From NCBI RefSeq assembly GCF_006345805.1, contig NW_021835996.1, positions 1 through 64,000 of the forward strand: DNA of 64,000 bases, written 5' to 3'. Origin of the DNA: Octopus sinensis. Lineage: Eukaryota. Positions 41,751 to 54,523 of this stretch are shown here, in pieces. The stretch's first letter is position 1; every line of letters begins with the position of its first letter. The translations under genes and the position numbers were made by a program. The notes beneath the pieces are model-generated. The model was not told where the DNA came from. It did not search any database and saw only the letters and a program-made list of their open reading frames with translations.

Positions 41751-42171
41751 GGAAAATTAGGATTTACAAGATTTCGAAATCGGCGGTGCAAAAAATACAT
41801 TCAAAAATACAAATAATGAATCTCTGTCAGAAGAATAGGTTCTGGAAGGCCATTAAAATTATCAAATGACATAAAGCACGATATCTTTAAATATCATGAT
41901 ATCGATCACTTAATTACGTGAGACAAATTAAGGATAAAATTGAAACAGATCATTTGGTATCACAATATCAACATTCAAGGATATCAAATACGTTACGATC
42001 TGGCGGTCTTATTACCAAACACTAGTTAAAAAACCATCTTTTAGACGGGTAAACATTTAAAAAAAATTATTTCGGATAAATGTGGAAATGAAGACTATAT
42101 TTATTAACTTTCTGTGGTACGTTTTGGAAACTGTTTTTAATCATCTTTATCACCAACTAATAAAAATAATA

Positions 42172-43985
42172 CAGTACGACCCCGGGTTTGGGGCAGACCC
42201 CAGGGTGGGGCACCCTCGGGTTTTGGGAACCCCCGCTTTAGGGGCATTTTTGAAAACAGTAAATTTTTCATTCTATTATTTATTTTTGATGACCCCGGTT
42301 TGGGGCACTTATTTAATTTATTTAATTACAAAATGTTAGTTATTTATTAATTATTAAAAACGAATCAAAGATTAATATGAAAAACAAAAAATTAAATCGC
42401 TAAGATATAAAACATGGTCAATTTTCAGAAAGAGATCTTGCTAAAAAGTAAAAACGAGCAAAGGATCTTTTTTAACTAATATTAATTACAGGTACTATTT
42501 CTCGCATTAAACAAAATTTTGTTTATTATTTTGACGCGGGATTAACTGAATCCGATAGAATCAAGGAATCACATGATCCAAATAATGAATTAGATAGATT
42601 AGTTTTTGAAACTTTTCTACGTCTGAGAGATGAATTTCTTCCAATTTCTGGAACTATCTTAAAACTGATTGCAAAAAATTATCTAAAAAGATAAATTATG
42701 AATCATTTAAGGCATCAATGGATGGCTAGACCGGTTCAAGAAAGACACGAGTTGCTATTTAAAACTATAAGTGGAGAAAAGAATTCATCTGACCTTTCTA
42801 CGGTTTCCAATTTTTTGCTGATTATGACAACTGTTTGGAAACTGTAGGAAGTGAAAATATTTTTAACTGTGATGAAAAGCTTTATACATAAAGCGAACGC
42901 CGTCGAAATCTTTTGTTCAATTTAATGACAAATGCAATGGAATTAAAATGAGCAAAGAGAAAGTTACCCTTCTCCCTTTGTTGTAATGCACTTGGTGAAA
43001 AGTTAAAACCTCTATAATTGGAAAATTCAAATCTCCTAGGGTTTAAAAATTTTAACGCTGAGGATCACGGAGTAGTATACTCTAGCGCATCAAAAAATTC
43101 GTGGATGACTAGTGATATTTTGGGAAATGGTTATGGAAAGTAAATCAAGATATGATCAATGAAAAGAGAAAAATGTGTCTTAATACTGGATAATGCGAGC
43201 TGTCACAGAAATACAGAATATTCCAATGTTTATTTACTTTTTCTTCCCAAAAATACGACCGCTTTAATTCAACCCCTAGATATGGGAATAATAAAATCCT
43301 TCAAGTCCCTCTATTTCAATAAACTGATTGATTTTACTCTTATATTTGAAAAAGAACAGCTTTGATTTGAATTTGAATAATGTCAATCTTAGACAAGTCA
43401 TTACAGTTGTGGGGAGGCATGGAAAATGATGTCAGAGACAACGATAACTTAATTGCTGGCAGAAAAAATAATGAAAACAGATCAAAAATTTCGGATAATG
43501 TACAGTTGGACGAAGAATTAATAGAGACGTGATTTCAGATGTTATTTCAATGGATTCGACAGATATTATTGAGGACAAAATTACTTATGATGGATATGAA
43601 TCTAAAAAAATCATCAATTAAAGAAATCATAAACATCGGTGAATTCTCTAGAAGATAATATTTCAGTACATGTCCACAATTTTTGAAAATCTACTACGAA
43701 TTTAGAAAAAACCTATCAGGAGAACTGAAAAAAAACCAATTCGGTGAGAAAATTACTGATTACTTTAATAGTATTTTGTTGGATTTATTAAATTTTTAAA
43801 TTTATTAAGAAAGGACTATGTTAGAATTTTTATTAATATTAAAATAATTTTAATTTATAGTCTAAAATGCAATAAAAATCTATTGAGGAGAAAATAAAAG
43901 CAAAAAATCTTTACCCTCGCATTTGGGGCACCCCCGCTTTTTGGGGCACTATGATAAAAATGCTGCCCCAAACCGGGGGGTACTG
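42172..43985 (+). mobile_element. Full-length pogo/Tigger element, 1814 bp, with a frameshifted transposase
   Basis: TIRs CAGTACGACCCCGGGTTTGGGGCAG and CAGTACCCCCCGGTTTGGGGCAG, TA TSD, TTTGGGGCA subterminal repeats, LILDNASCH and IQPLDMGIIKSFK. Confidence 0.92.
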
Positions 43986-44299
43986 TAGTCTGTGTTATTT
44001 AAAAATAGTTTTCGTGGGTTTTCAAAAAATAGAAATTGTTAAACTTTTGATTTTTTGGATGTAGTATCTAAATTTAAATAGTCAAAAATTCAAATTTCAA
44101 ATAAAATTTTCCAGAGGCTGAGATTTTACACAATTACGTACTTCCCAGAAAAACATGGTTAATAAATCATTCACCTTACGTCAGTTCTAGTGGAACATAT
44201 ATATCATTCTAAATCGAAAATGTATTATTTTTCCAATTTTTCAACATTTTAAATGAAGTTAATCATGTTGATAATTCTAATAATTTTTTTAATAGAATA

Positions 44300-44700
44300 G
44301 GAATTGAAATCAGAAACTAGTAGACCCATATGGGACCTGGGGGTCAGTTCGACGAAGACGCACTGCGGATCGAGAAACAGTTCCCGCGTAGAATAGAGAC
44401 CGAGACGTGCTGGAAGAGCTACCTCGCCTCCCTCCGGTCATGCGTCTTCAAGACAATTTTATCGCCGAGCATACGCAAAAATTTCTTGGCTTCTTTACCG
44501 ACCATAATTAAGAATATATTTCAAAATATGGAAGGGGAAAATAATTAGGATTCACCAAAGGATGCACCGCAAATAGCAAACGAGTTACCTCGCAGGATTG
44601 CTATAGATATTCTCTGATATAGCCAGCTGGTTTCCCGGTGGACAAAGGTCTTCTTCCCGATCAGGTTCCCAATTATAGACAGAATCTTCTTACTGTCTGT
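44300..44700 (-). mobile_element. Two CRE 3' fragments head-to-tail (about 44545-44700 and 44300-44520)
   Basis: RETSWLYQRISIAILRGNSF, then GKEAKKFLRMLGDK...LFQHVSVSILRGNCF. Confidence 0.75.
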
Positions 44701-44892
44701 TATTTTCATAATTTTCATGTTATTTTTATATAATAAATAGTCGAAAATGTCTAAACCTGTCCAACGAGACCAAAAATTATGCGCTAATAGCAAAAAATGT
44801 TTATTTTATTCAAAGTGGTTTATTTTATTTAAAGTAGTTCAAATTTTATAATGCAAAAATGGTACCCAGTCTTAAAAAATTAAGAACCGCTG
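44700..44892 (+). mobile_element. Orphan right end of the hAT family seen at 19666-20764
   Basis: Aligns with about 20620-20764 and ends AAGAACCGCTG, followed by AATTAGAC. Confidence 0.75.
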
Positions 44893-45766
44893 AATTAGAC
44901 AACTCTCCAAAAAATGGGCAATTACGTTTCTCATTAATAAGACTTCATTTTTTAAAATGAATTTTTATTTATTATTGAATTTTTGATTTGGACAACTGGT
45001 AAGAGGTGTCTCTTTAATTTGTCGAATTGGTTTTTTTCCAAAAGTATTTGCTGATCCCCGATCTCGACCTTGCCTTTTAGGCTAATTTTCTAAAATGAGT
45101 AAATTTCAATTGCAGATATTATTGAAGATATTAATCATATTATTAAAGAAAAAATATCAAGAATATATCAAGTTGTTGTTAAGAATTATAATAAATATAA
45201 ATGTGAAGAAAAATAAATTGACTATTTTAAAAGTTTTTGAAAAACATTTTTGGAGAAACATCTGGTTTGGGAGGATAAGTGCTCCAATCATAAATCGGAC
45301 TGTATAAAGATTCGAGAATTACTTTCCAAAAGCAATAATCCGTACAATAAATTCATATGCACTGGGAAACTCATTGCGTTTGCAGTCCGATAGAAACAGA
45401 ATTAGTCCATATTCTTCAAAGCGTTTATTAAATTCATTTTTACTCTTTTGGAGACAGCATTAATATTTCAAAGACCACACATTGTTGTTTTTTCTTCAAC
45501 CAATTATTGAGTCCTCTGGCGTTTAGAATAAGTGTAGAAAACCAGAAAGAGTCACTAATACGAGTATTCGAGAATTTGATATATTCATCAAAAAACCAAA
45601 TTATGAAAAATATTTACTTACATTTTAAAGCATTAGGGTCACCTAATTCTATTTAGTCACTCTAATATGCTCCAAAAAATAGTTTAAAGACCATCATGAA
45701 AATTCTATTACCAATTTATACAATCCTACGAGATAGTCACACAAACTCAATTTTAAAACAGACAAA

Positions 45767-48463
45767 TCATTTTTTCTTTTTAATTAATTTAGTAGCCTGT
45801 TTGTTCCGATATTCAGTTACGAGTGAATCATACAACTCGGGACTCACTGGCCTGTAGAAGGCATACTCCATGGTGTACTCCCCCAGTCCCCGAGTCGATG
45901 CTCGCAAGTCCACACAGAAACCAAACATTTTATTCAACGTGACTTGAGCTAATATCGTGCACATGTCATCGTCATATCTCTGGTCTGTCACAATTCCCTG
46001 ACGGTTATTCACAATGTCAAGAAGTCGTTGATAAAACTCAACAGGGGAGTAAACCTCCACGCTCATCACAGGCTCCAAAATATCCCAATTCCCGTAGTTG
46101 TAAGCTATCCCTCGACAACCAGACATACCCTGCTGGAATGCTCCCTTTGCAGCAGCAAGGAATGCGATTTCGTTCGAGTCTACTTGGTGGTGGTCTCCGT
46201 CAGTCAATTCAAACCTAATTCCAGAGACCCTTCTTCCCAAAAGTGACCCATCCAATGCATTTAAACGAATTCCCTAAAATGATACTCTGAAACTACCCTT
46301 TCTATCACAGGAACGAACTGCTTAGGCACATTAGTCCCCACAGTTCTGTCTTTAAACTCAAATTGAGTATAATCATCTCTCCCCAGAGGCTAAAAATGAC
46401 TAAAAGTGAACTTCTACCACAAAAGTCCCAATAACCCGACCATACTGTCCAGCTCCTCCAGTCTGCTGTTTATGTAGGTAATCCACCCTAATCTCAGAAC
46501 ACTAAAAATAACTCGATCGGATCTCTGAGTGTCTCCAGGAAGGATACGAGTGGTTTTCCTAATTCAACCTTAGTGTTATACTCTCGTTCCATTCTCTCAA
46601 GAGTCAAATAATGGGGTCACCTGAGCGTATATCTCAATGTGGAGTTCTCCCATTCCTGAAACAACTGCTTCCTTGTTCTCCACGTCGTAGTTGTAATGAA
46701 AGGTCGGGTCCTCCCGAGTGAAGCGATTTATTGCCTTGGAGAAACTCGCAAGCCGATTGCTGTCGACAGGACGAATGGCCATCGAAACCACAGGAGTGGG
46801 GACGTGCATATTTTCCAAATAAATTATCTCCTGTTTTGGATTGAGGGATGTGAAAGTGTCCCCACTGTAGCAATTTACTCCAAAAAACGTGACAATGTCC
46901 CCGGCATATGCCTCGTCGATGTCCTTCCATATCAATAAAAACAAAACGTGCATTTCACTTGCATGCATTCGCCCAATACGCCCAATCCTTATTTTCCCAC
47001 CATCTCTGGTGTTATATACAGTGTCCCCTCTCCTGACACCCCCCTGGTATATCCTCACATATGTCAGTTGTCCGTACCGACCCGCCTGGAGTTAAAAACA
47101 CGGAAACCTCCAGTTTGAAGGCCATTCCGACAAACAAATTTTGGTTATTTCGAGACGAATTTAACAAAAAACTTGTCGCGGTGTCTGATTCTGATCGTCG
47201 AAAGGCATAATTCTTGATTTGTGAGGGGTCTGGGAGGTATTCGATGATAGCATCGAGGACTTCTTGTACGCCCTTATTCCGAAGAGCAGTGCCAAATAAC
47301 ACAGGTACCATCTGTCGGGAAATACAACATTTTCTTATTCCTGCCTAAAATAAATTAACTCTCATTATTTAATTAAATTTAATAAACTCAATATTTTAAA
47401 TAAATAATATATTTTTGAAATACGTTTAAAATATCATGTGGGACAAATTTTTCCTCAATAAACAGCTCAGCGACAGAATCGTCAAATTGAGCCACAGTCT
47501 CAATTAGGTTGTATCTGGCTTCCTCAGCTTCTTGGGAATACTCGTCTGGAATTGCCCTCCTTGTGACCTTGATGCTGTGGAAATGAGCAATCAGCACAAA
47601 TACAACCCACACTGTCCTTCAAAATAAACACTCTCTTGCTTCACAAGATCTATGACTCCAACATGAGCATGTTCTACCCCCATTGGAATTTGCAAAGGAA
47701 TAACTGGTAATTTTAATTTATTTCTAAATAAATAATATTAATTAATTTATAATTAATTATTTTAATAAATGTTGTTTAAACCTCAAGTCTTGTAGTGTCC
47801 TCGTTGCATTGGCACCTTTTCTGTCAAGTTTGTTGACAAACACAAAGAAGGGGACTTGATATCGTTTCAACTGCCTGTAAACAGTATATGTTTGACTCTG
47901 GACTCCCCCTACTCCACAAACAACTAGGATTGCCCCATCCAATACTCTTAAAGCACGTTCAACCTCCACAGTAAAGTCCACGTGGCCTAAAAATGGGTCA
48001 AATTTCTAACCAGGCGTGTCAATTACATTAATATTGGCATTTTTCCACATCAAATATGTCGTGGCTGACTGTATTGTTATTCCACGTTCTCTTTCCAAGT
48101 CCATAAAGTCCATTGTAGCACCCACTTTGTCACGTCCTTCACCTAATTGGATTAAACATTCAATTTGTGATAAATAATGAAATGTGATGTTACTTCATGC
48201 ATTTCTTGTATTATTCCTGTGTAGAAAAGTAGTCTTTCGGTTAGAGTTGTCTTTCCTGAGTCAATGTGAGCGGATATGCCGACATTTCTTATTTTGGAAA
48301 GGTCGTGGATTACGTTCTTTATGGGGTTTGTTTAATTAAAATTGATTACAGAATCTTTTAGACGAGCAGAATAACCACGGAATGTTGAGTTTTTAATAAT
48401 TGACTTTAAATATTAAATTTTTTATACTTTCAATCTGACAGCTACACGTGACGATAACCTCAT
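45767..48463 (-). CDS. GFM1: Mitochondrial elongation factor G1
   Basis: MRLSSRV presequence, [60 protein letters not shown] and EYTMEY. Micro-introns throughout. Confidence 0.95.
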
Positions 48464-48762
48464 TGATGCAGTTAAATATTTTATTGATGTATTTTAATTA
48501 GTTTATTTTGAAAATAGATTTATTTACCTTATTTTATCTGTTATTATATTTAAAAAAATGTTGAATTAAAACGTCCGAATGTCTTCACGGCTATTGGTAC
48601 AAATATGTTAATTTCTGGCCATGGACGAGTATTTATTTCTTTTTTTTAGCACATTAGAAAATCCCGCAGATGCCAGGACGCAGGTCACTACACTATTAAG
48701 CTCAGAGTTGCGAGGGAATCGGCCAGCGGTATAACGGGAAGATAGCGAGTGTAATCCTAAAG

Positions 48763-48900
48763 CAGGGGTGGCCAACTTTTTTCACCGGCAAGGTACTTTT
48801 CATATTGCGATTTTTTGGCGATTGGCTTATATATTTTAATAACAAAATTTTTATTTTATGATTAAAAGTTGATGGGATTTTTGGCATTGTAATTCTTTTA
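48763..48900 (+). mobile_element. Orphan hAT terminus
   Basis: CAGGGGTGGCCAACTTTT preceded by TCCTAAAG (NNNTANNN). No partner end found. Confidence 0.5.
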
Positions 48901-48929
48901 CGATTATTTCGAATAATGTATACTTTTTT

Positions 48930-49330
48930 CAGGTGAATTCACATTGGCTATTATTGGTCGACAGGTTTTGAGAGAAATTAATTCCCCATCAAGCCAATTT
49001 TTTACTGTTGTAACAGACACAGACATTGAATAATTATTTCGTATTTTCTCCGCACATTCTTTCAAAGTGATCTGAGGATCAGCTTCAATCCAACTGATTA
49101 ATTCATTTATAATTATTTTATTTTTTTTGAATGTCCTTTACCTCTTCTTGGATGTCTTTCTTTATCTTTATTTTCAATCCAATGATAAGCTGTTCTCAAA
49201 TTCACTCCAAGAGAAGACATAGAGACTGCCAATCGCCAAAATTTTCATGTGTTTCAATTATTATTTTTTTGTATCATCACTGTACTTTCGATATCTTGTT
49301 TTTTCAGTCATCAAACAATTTTCGATGTAT
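48930..49330 (-). mobile_element. N-terminal fragment of a second IS630-like transposase
   Basis: GDWQSLCLLLGVNLRTAYHWI and ISWIEADPQITLKE...VSVTTVKNWLDGELISLK are colinear with the 10739 transposase. Confidence 0.65.
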
Positions 49331-49729
49331 TTTGAAAAAAAATTTTGGTACTTTTGTCGAACCTCGCTTTTTTTGAAGAATTAAAATTATAATTATTTTT
49401 AGTTGACAAAATACATTCCAAGGTAATGAATATCCAAATTTTGTTTGAATTCAGATAGTATATATTTAGTTTGTCTATCTTGTTTCTTCCTAAATATATG
49501 GATGACTGTGCATTTGTCGGGTGCCTTTTACTTCAGTGACTTGATCAATCTCCGCTGTACATGATCAATCTCGAAGATGCCCTGATCTATTTGTTATTAG
49601 GATATCATCAACGCAGATAATTAAACAACAGGCATCATTGGCTAGTTTTTTAATATCAGGCACATTAATATTGAATAACAGAAGACCTCTGTGGTACCTC
49701 TTTCTTCAGTGGAACAGGCTTCGATACAC

Positions 49730-50150
49730 TATATTTTTTATTTTTCTATTTTCTTTATATAAGGATTCAAATGTGGGCAGTTTCAATGAAGGATTAGTTT
49801 CATACTCTCTTAAAATTTGAATCTAAACAGTTACTATCTAATTATACCTCATTCCCTATTTTGAAATCATATTTTCACACGTGACCTTCCATCTGTTTAC
49901 TTATTATTTTTAATTGTAAAGAATTCATGTCTGGAAAAGTAAAATTAAAAGTCCATCTTCAACAAACGATGCTCATTATTTGTAATTAAATTCTAGTATT
50001 TCATGAATCACGCTGTTAATTTTAGAAATACGCCTTTATTTAACATGAATAAGATGTTTTGACTTCTTATCGTTAAAAGTTGTAAATCTTCAAGAATTTG
50101 GAATGTAATTTGCTATCTTTTTTCTACGTCGGCTTCCAGGAATTAAGTTT
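49730..50150 (-). mobile_element. Ginger-like integrase 3' fragment
   Basis: Nucleotide similarity to 26660-27030. Canonical 25-nt GT-AG intron at 49823-49847 in the same position as intron 3 of the 59109 copy. Confidence 0.7.
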
Positions 50151-50199
50151 TCTCAGTTCTACTTCTTTTACTCAAACTGAATGAGCTCTCAGAATACTT

Positions 50200-50820
50200 C
50201 TCTGAGGCCTTGATTTTCCAGCGATTCCTTTAGTCCAAAGAGGTTGGGACAAAATCTTCTGCTTAAATACTTTACGCAAACAATGTTCAAAGTCGGACCA
50301 ACTCCAGCTGACCTCACTAAACTGTACTTGTCAGCCGGATACTGGCTTAAAGCATTCCTTATCCCAAGCACGGGATTATTACTGGACGATGAATCCTTAC
50401 GGATCGGTATCTATTTACCCTTGGGCTTGGATATCTGCCAGCCCCACCCTTGCCCGTGCGGGTTTACAATTTCGTCGAACGGCTTACACGCCTTGTCGTG
50501 TAAGAAAAGTCCCGGTAGAAATCCTCGCCATACTCAAAACTCAATGACGTTGTCGGGAGGACTCTAAAGTCGGGTTGAGTATTCCGGTTTCTTTGAGTTT
50601 CCCCCTTTGCTTTCGAAACTTCAGGAATCGTAGGCAAGGCCGCGACTCAACTCCTCAGTGACATTGGTAGGAGAAAGACGAAGTGGCTCTATCAGCAAAT
50701 CTCAATCGCAGTGCTCCACGGAAACTGTTATTAATACGCAGTGCGGCGTCGTTAAACTGACCCTTAAGCTCTCGAGGACTCTTTCAGCCACTTACCCTAG
50801 CTAGAATCTAACCTTTTCTA
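50200..50820 (+). mobile_element. CRE-clade non-LTR retrotransposon 3' fragment with CCHC knuckle and REL tail
   Basis: AGYWLKAFLIPSTGLLLDDESLRIG..CPCG..GLHALSCKKSPGRNPRH and FETSGIVG...WLYQQISIAVLHGN. Confidence 0.85.
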
Positions 50821-51036
50821 TTTATAAATATATATAATTTTTTGTAAAAAATTTGTTTTATCATCTGTCACATTTTGGTTAGTTGATATTTAAATTGATG
50901 TACTTCTAAATGGCTCTTATATTAGACTTTAGGATTATTCTGGGTGAATATTTTTCATTTAATTACAATAAATTTTATTTTTATTTAATTATTATTAAAT
51001 TAACTAAATAGAATTTTCTCAAGCTTGTTGTTAGTG

Positions 51037-52695
51037 ATGGAGTCTAAGCCGAGCCGCAGGGTCGCATATTATTATGATGGTGTCCTCACTAATCATTAAA
51101 ATTAAGACAACGTCGGTAACTACTACTATGGGCCCAATCACCCAATGAAACCCCAGAGAATCCGCATGGCTCATGCCCTAATCCTCAACTATGGAATATA
51201 CAGAATGATGAACATTTTTGTATATATTTTCCCTTCAGTCACTTCTAGCGACCACGAAGGGCCACTGCCGATGAAATGAAGAGTTTCCACAACGTCGAAT
51301 ATGTGGACTTTTTGAATTCCATCCGTCCTGATAACTCTTCGGACTTTTCAAAGCAAATGTCCTCATGTTTTATTCTATTCTGACTTTTAGTCTCCGTTGG
51401 AGAAGACTGTCCTCCATTTTTTGGGCTTTTTGAATTTTGTCAGATTTCGGCTGGAGGCTCGATTGGTTTTTTCCTTAAAAAATCAAATTTTAGCCGCCGC
51501 CGCCAAATTGAACCACAAACAATGCGACATTTCCATCAATTGGAGTGGCGGACTTCACCACGCTAAAAAAAGCGAGGCTGCGGGTTTTTGCTACATAAAT
51601 GACATTGTCCTTGGAATATTGGAACTTTTGAAGTTTTTCCCGTCGTTTTTACTCCAAGGCATCACAAGCGTGTTTTGTACATTGATATCGACATTCATCA
51701 CGGGGATGGAGTGGAGGAAGCTTTTTTTACAACTGACCGAGTGATGACAGTGTCCTTCCATAAATACGGGGAGTACTTTCCGGGGACAGGAGACTTGAAG
51801 GTAGGGAGGTGTTGAGTCATTTCGAGGATATTGGTGCTGGTCCAGGACGGTACTATGCTTTGAATTTCCCCTTAAGAGACGGAATCGACGACGAGACATA
51901 TCAGACAATTTTTGAACCAGTTGGTTATAGAATTCTATTGCAGATAGTGACCCAAGTCATTGGATTCTACCAACCGGAGGTGATTGTCCTCCAGTGTGGG
52001 GCTGACTCACTAACAGGGGATAGACTTGGTTGTTTCAATTTGACTTTGAAGGGTATAAATCAAATTTTAGTCATTTGTAGGACATGGACATTGTGTTGAG
52101 TTTGTGCGTAAGTTCAACATCCCGATGATGGTGTTGGGTGGTGGTGGTTACACTGTCCGTAATGTAGCAAGAGCATGGGCCAACGAAACCGCAGTCATTC
52201 TCGACAAAAAACTTTCCAATGGTGAGAGTTGGAGGCATTGTGGTAGAACTGCCTTACAACGATTACTACGAATATTACGGCCCCGATTTTAAACTTAATA
52301 TATCTCCCTCGAACATGTTAAACCAGAACACGCGGGACTACCTCGATAAAATAAAGTATATGAGTGGAATTAGTCCAGGGAACATTTGTATGAGAATATG
52401 AGGAGAATCCCTAATGTGCCTTCAGTGCAAATGCAGAGTTGGTGTATAGTGGTCGAGTTTAGACATTCCTGACACTTTCATGGGTGATGTCGAGATGGAT
52501 GAGGATAGAGGTGACCCCGATGTGAGGATATCGAGTATTCCCGATCTGTTTAGTATCCTAGTAATGCAGAGTGACAAGATGATTCAGAATGATGCGGATT
52601 TGTACGATCATGAGGACATTGATGAGAACAATCGGGATAATTCTGATTTTAAGAGTGTTCCCGCCAAGAGACCTCGGTTGGATAGTGAAGGTTGA
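51037..52695 (+). CDS. HDAC1: Class I histone deacetylase (HDAC1/2, Rpd3) with 12 introns of 23-29 nt
   Basis: Spliced by hand into one open frame: [67 protein letters not shown] and GGGGYT. Confidence 0.97.
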
Positions 52696-53089
52696 TGGTT
52701 TCTTTTGGAATCTTTTAGATGATGTAATCGAGGTTAATGATTAGTCGGCTTAATTTGTTTATTCCATTTGATTTTTCTATGTGTTGCCATATATTCTATT
52801 ATTTGTAGCAGGGATTAGGTTTTCCGGTGTTCGGAAATTTTCCTCGTTTAAAAGTAAGGACTACTGCTCCTGAAAATTCTTGAGGGAGTGTCTTATTATA
52901 TTCCAGTTAGGCAAAATTCTTTTTCTGTAAAATCGTATTTAGTACTCGGATTAGACCGATAGTAATTAGAGAAATAAGTAAATGTCGTATTTGTTAATAC
53001 ACATGCCAAAGCTCATAATGTTTTGAAAGTGAGTAAATTTTTTGGCATCTGAATTATAAATAATTAACTTGGACAGCTACGCCACTTCC

Positions 53090-53947
53090 ATCTTTTTGGA
53101 CCTAATTAGTTTACGAAAACGGAAATGAATATGATCGGAGTAGAAAAACTTCATAAACACAATCTCCAATTCTGGAAATAGATCTATCAAAAGCCTTTGA
53201 ATTGGTTAACAGGAAAAAACTGATGACAGTGCTAAAACGAATTATTGACGGACCGAGTCAAAGAATGACTCAAATTCTTTTATCTAACACAGAGCTCCTT
53301 GTGAGAGTTGGAAAAACCTACTCAGGAAATTTGAAACAAACACAGGCACTACTCAGGGAGACTCCCTATCTCCGCTAGTATTCGCAATCTACTTGGAGGC
53401 TGCAATGAGGGAACTGAGACTATTATACCAAGAAAAATAGAAAAAGTGATTTATGCCAATGATGTCAACCTAATCTTTGAAGACAAAGAACTGAAATTTT
53501 ACTAGAAAAAGCATCAGATATACTTTGAAAATGGTTTCTCACCGTAAACAAAAAAAAAGCAGAATGGTCAGAAATAAGACAAATGAACAAATTTCTCGAA
53601 AAGAAATGGAGGAACACTAAGAAACTTAGCTCTCTCTTAGGAGACAGTGCAGACGACAAACTCAGCATTACACAGGCTGAAAAACCTATGGCTAAAACGG
53701 AAAAGGAAATAACATAAAACATCGCAATGGAGGATTAATGTAGGACGTAGGACGCTTTCGTGGAACCACCATCCTGATCGTTTTACAAAACGATCTGAAA
53801 ACCGTTAAGAAAATATTTGCATCTGGTGACAATCTTGAATCTCTGAGAAACCTAGCTAAAAACAGGAGAACTTGGAGTAATCTAATTAGTTCACTAATAT
53901 TTTTTGCTGCACATGCGGGGTTATAAACATTATGGCTCTCGTGAAAG
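53090..53947 (+). mobile_element. Degenerate RTE-like LINE 3' portion
   Basis: EIDLSKAFELVNR, TQGDSLSPLVFAIYLEAAMRE and VIYAND. The 3' end is shared with the LINE ending near 11915. Confidence 0.8.
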
Positions 53948-54208
53948 TGCTAATAATTTCTTTAATAATGCATTCAAAAAATCTTCCCAATAATTTTTTT
54001 CTACGCCAAATATACTCTGAAAAGTTAGCTTTTCCCATTTGTCCGACTTTCTTGTTAATTTCTTCCCTTCGATGTATTTATTTATTAACCCAGAAAACCA
54101 CCGTCATAGCCAAAAAATAACAAAATTCAGATGATCATAGGCTCCCTCAGCAGTTCTCGCAACCATTCCAAATGTTCCGACGTACCCCGCTAAATATCCA
54201 GTCTTTCT

Positions 54209-54256
54209 AGATCCAGGATTTTCCTCAACATCTCCGGAAATGATGAGTCGCCACCA
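54209..54256 (-). other. 2A/StopGo-like peptide motif (WWRLIISGDVEENPG-S)
   Basis: Direct translation of the minus strand: tgg tgg cga ctc atc att tcc gga gat gtt gag gaa aat cct gga tct. Confidence 0.7.
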
Positions 54257-54523
54257 AGAAAGCGCCCGAACTTGGAGAAAGTGCTGTCCAGGAAAGATCC
54301 TCTGAATGGATGTTGATAAATGGTTCTTTTTGGATACAATTTAAAATTATATCTACGCAATCAGACGAGCGCTAGTCTCGACAAAAACCACATGCTTTCG
54401 ATTTTTAGATTTTAATCTTAATAAAAAATAATTTAGGTCTGTAAATTATTTTTATTTTAATTTTTTAAAAATAAGATAATTTAAATAGTTTTTCTTTTAT
54501 AATTGCTCTTGTTGTCTTGCATT

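Larger units (their letters stand above)
40793..44535. repeat. Tandem duplication of a unit of about 970 bp (40793-41761); the second copy contains the pogo element
   Basis: 41762-42171 repeats about 40795-41190 and 43988-44535 repeats about 41190-41764. Differences are mostly 1-bp indels. Confidence 0.9.
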
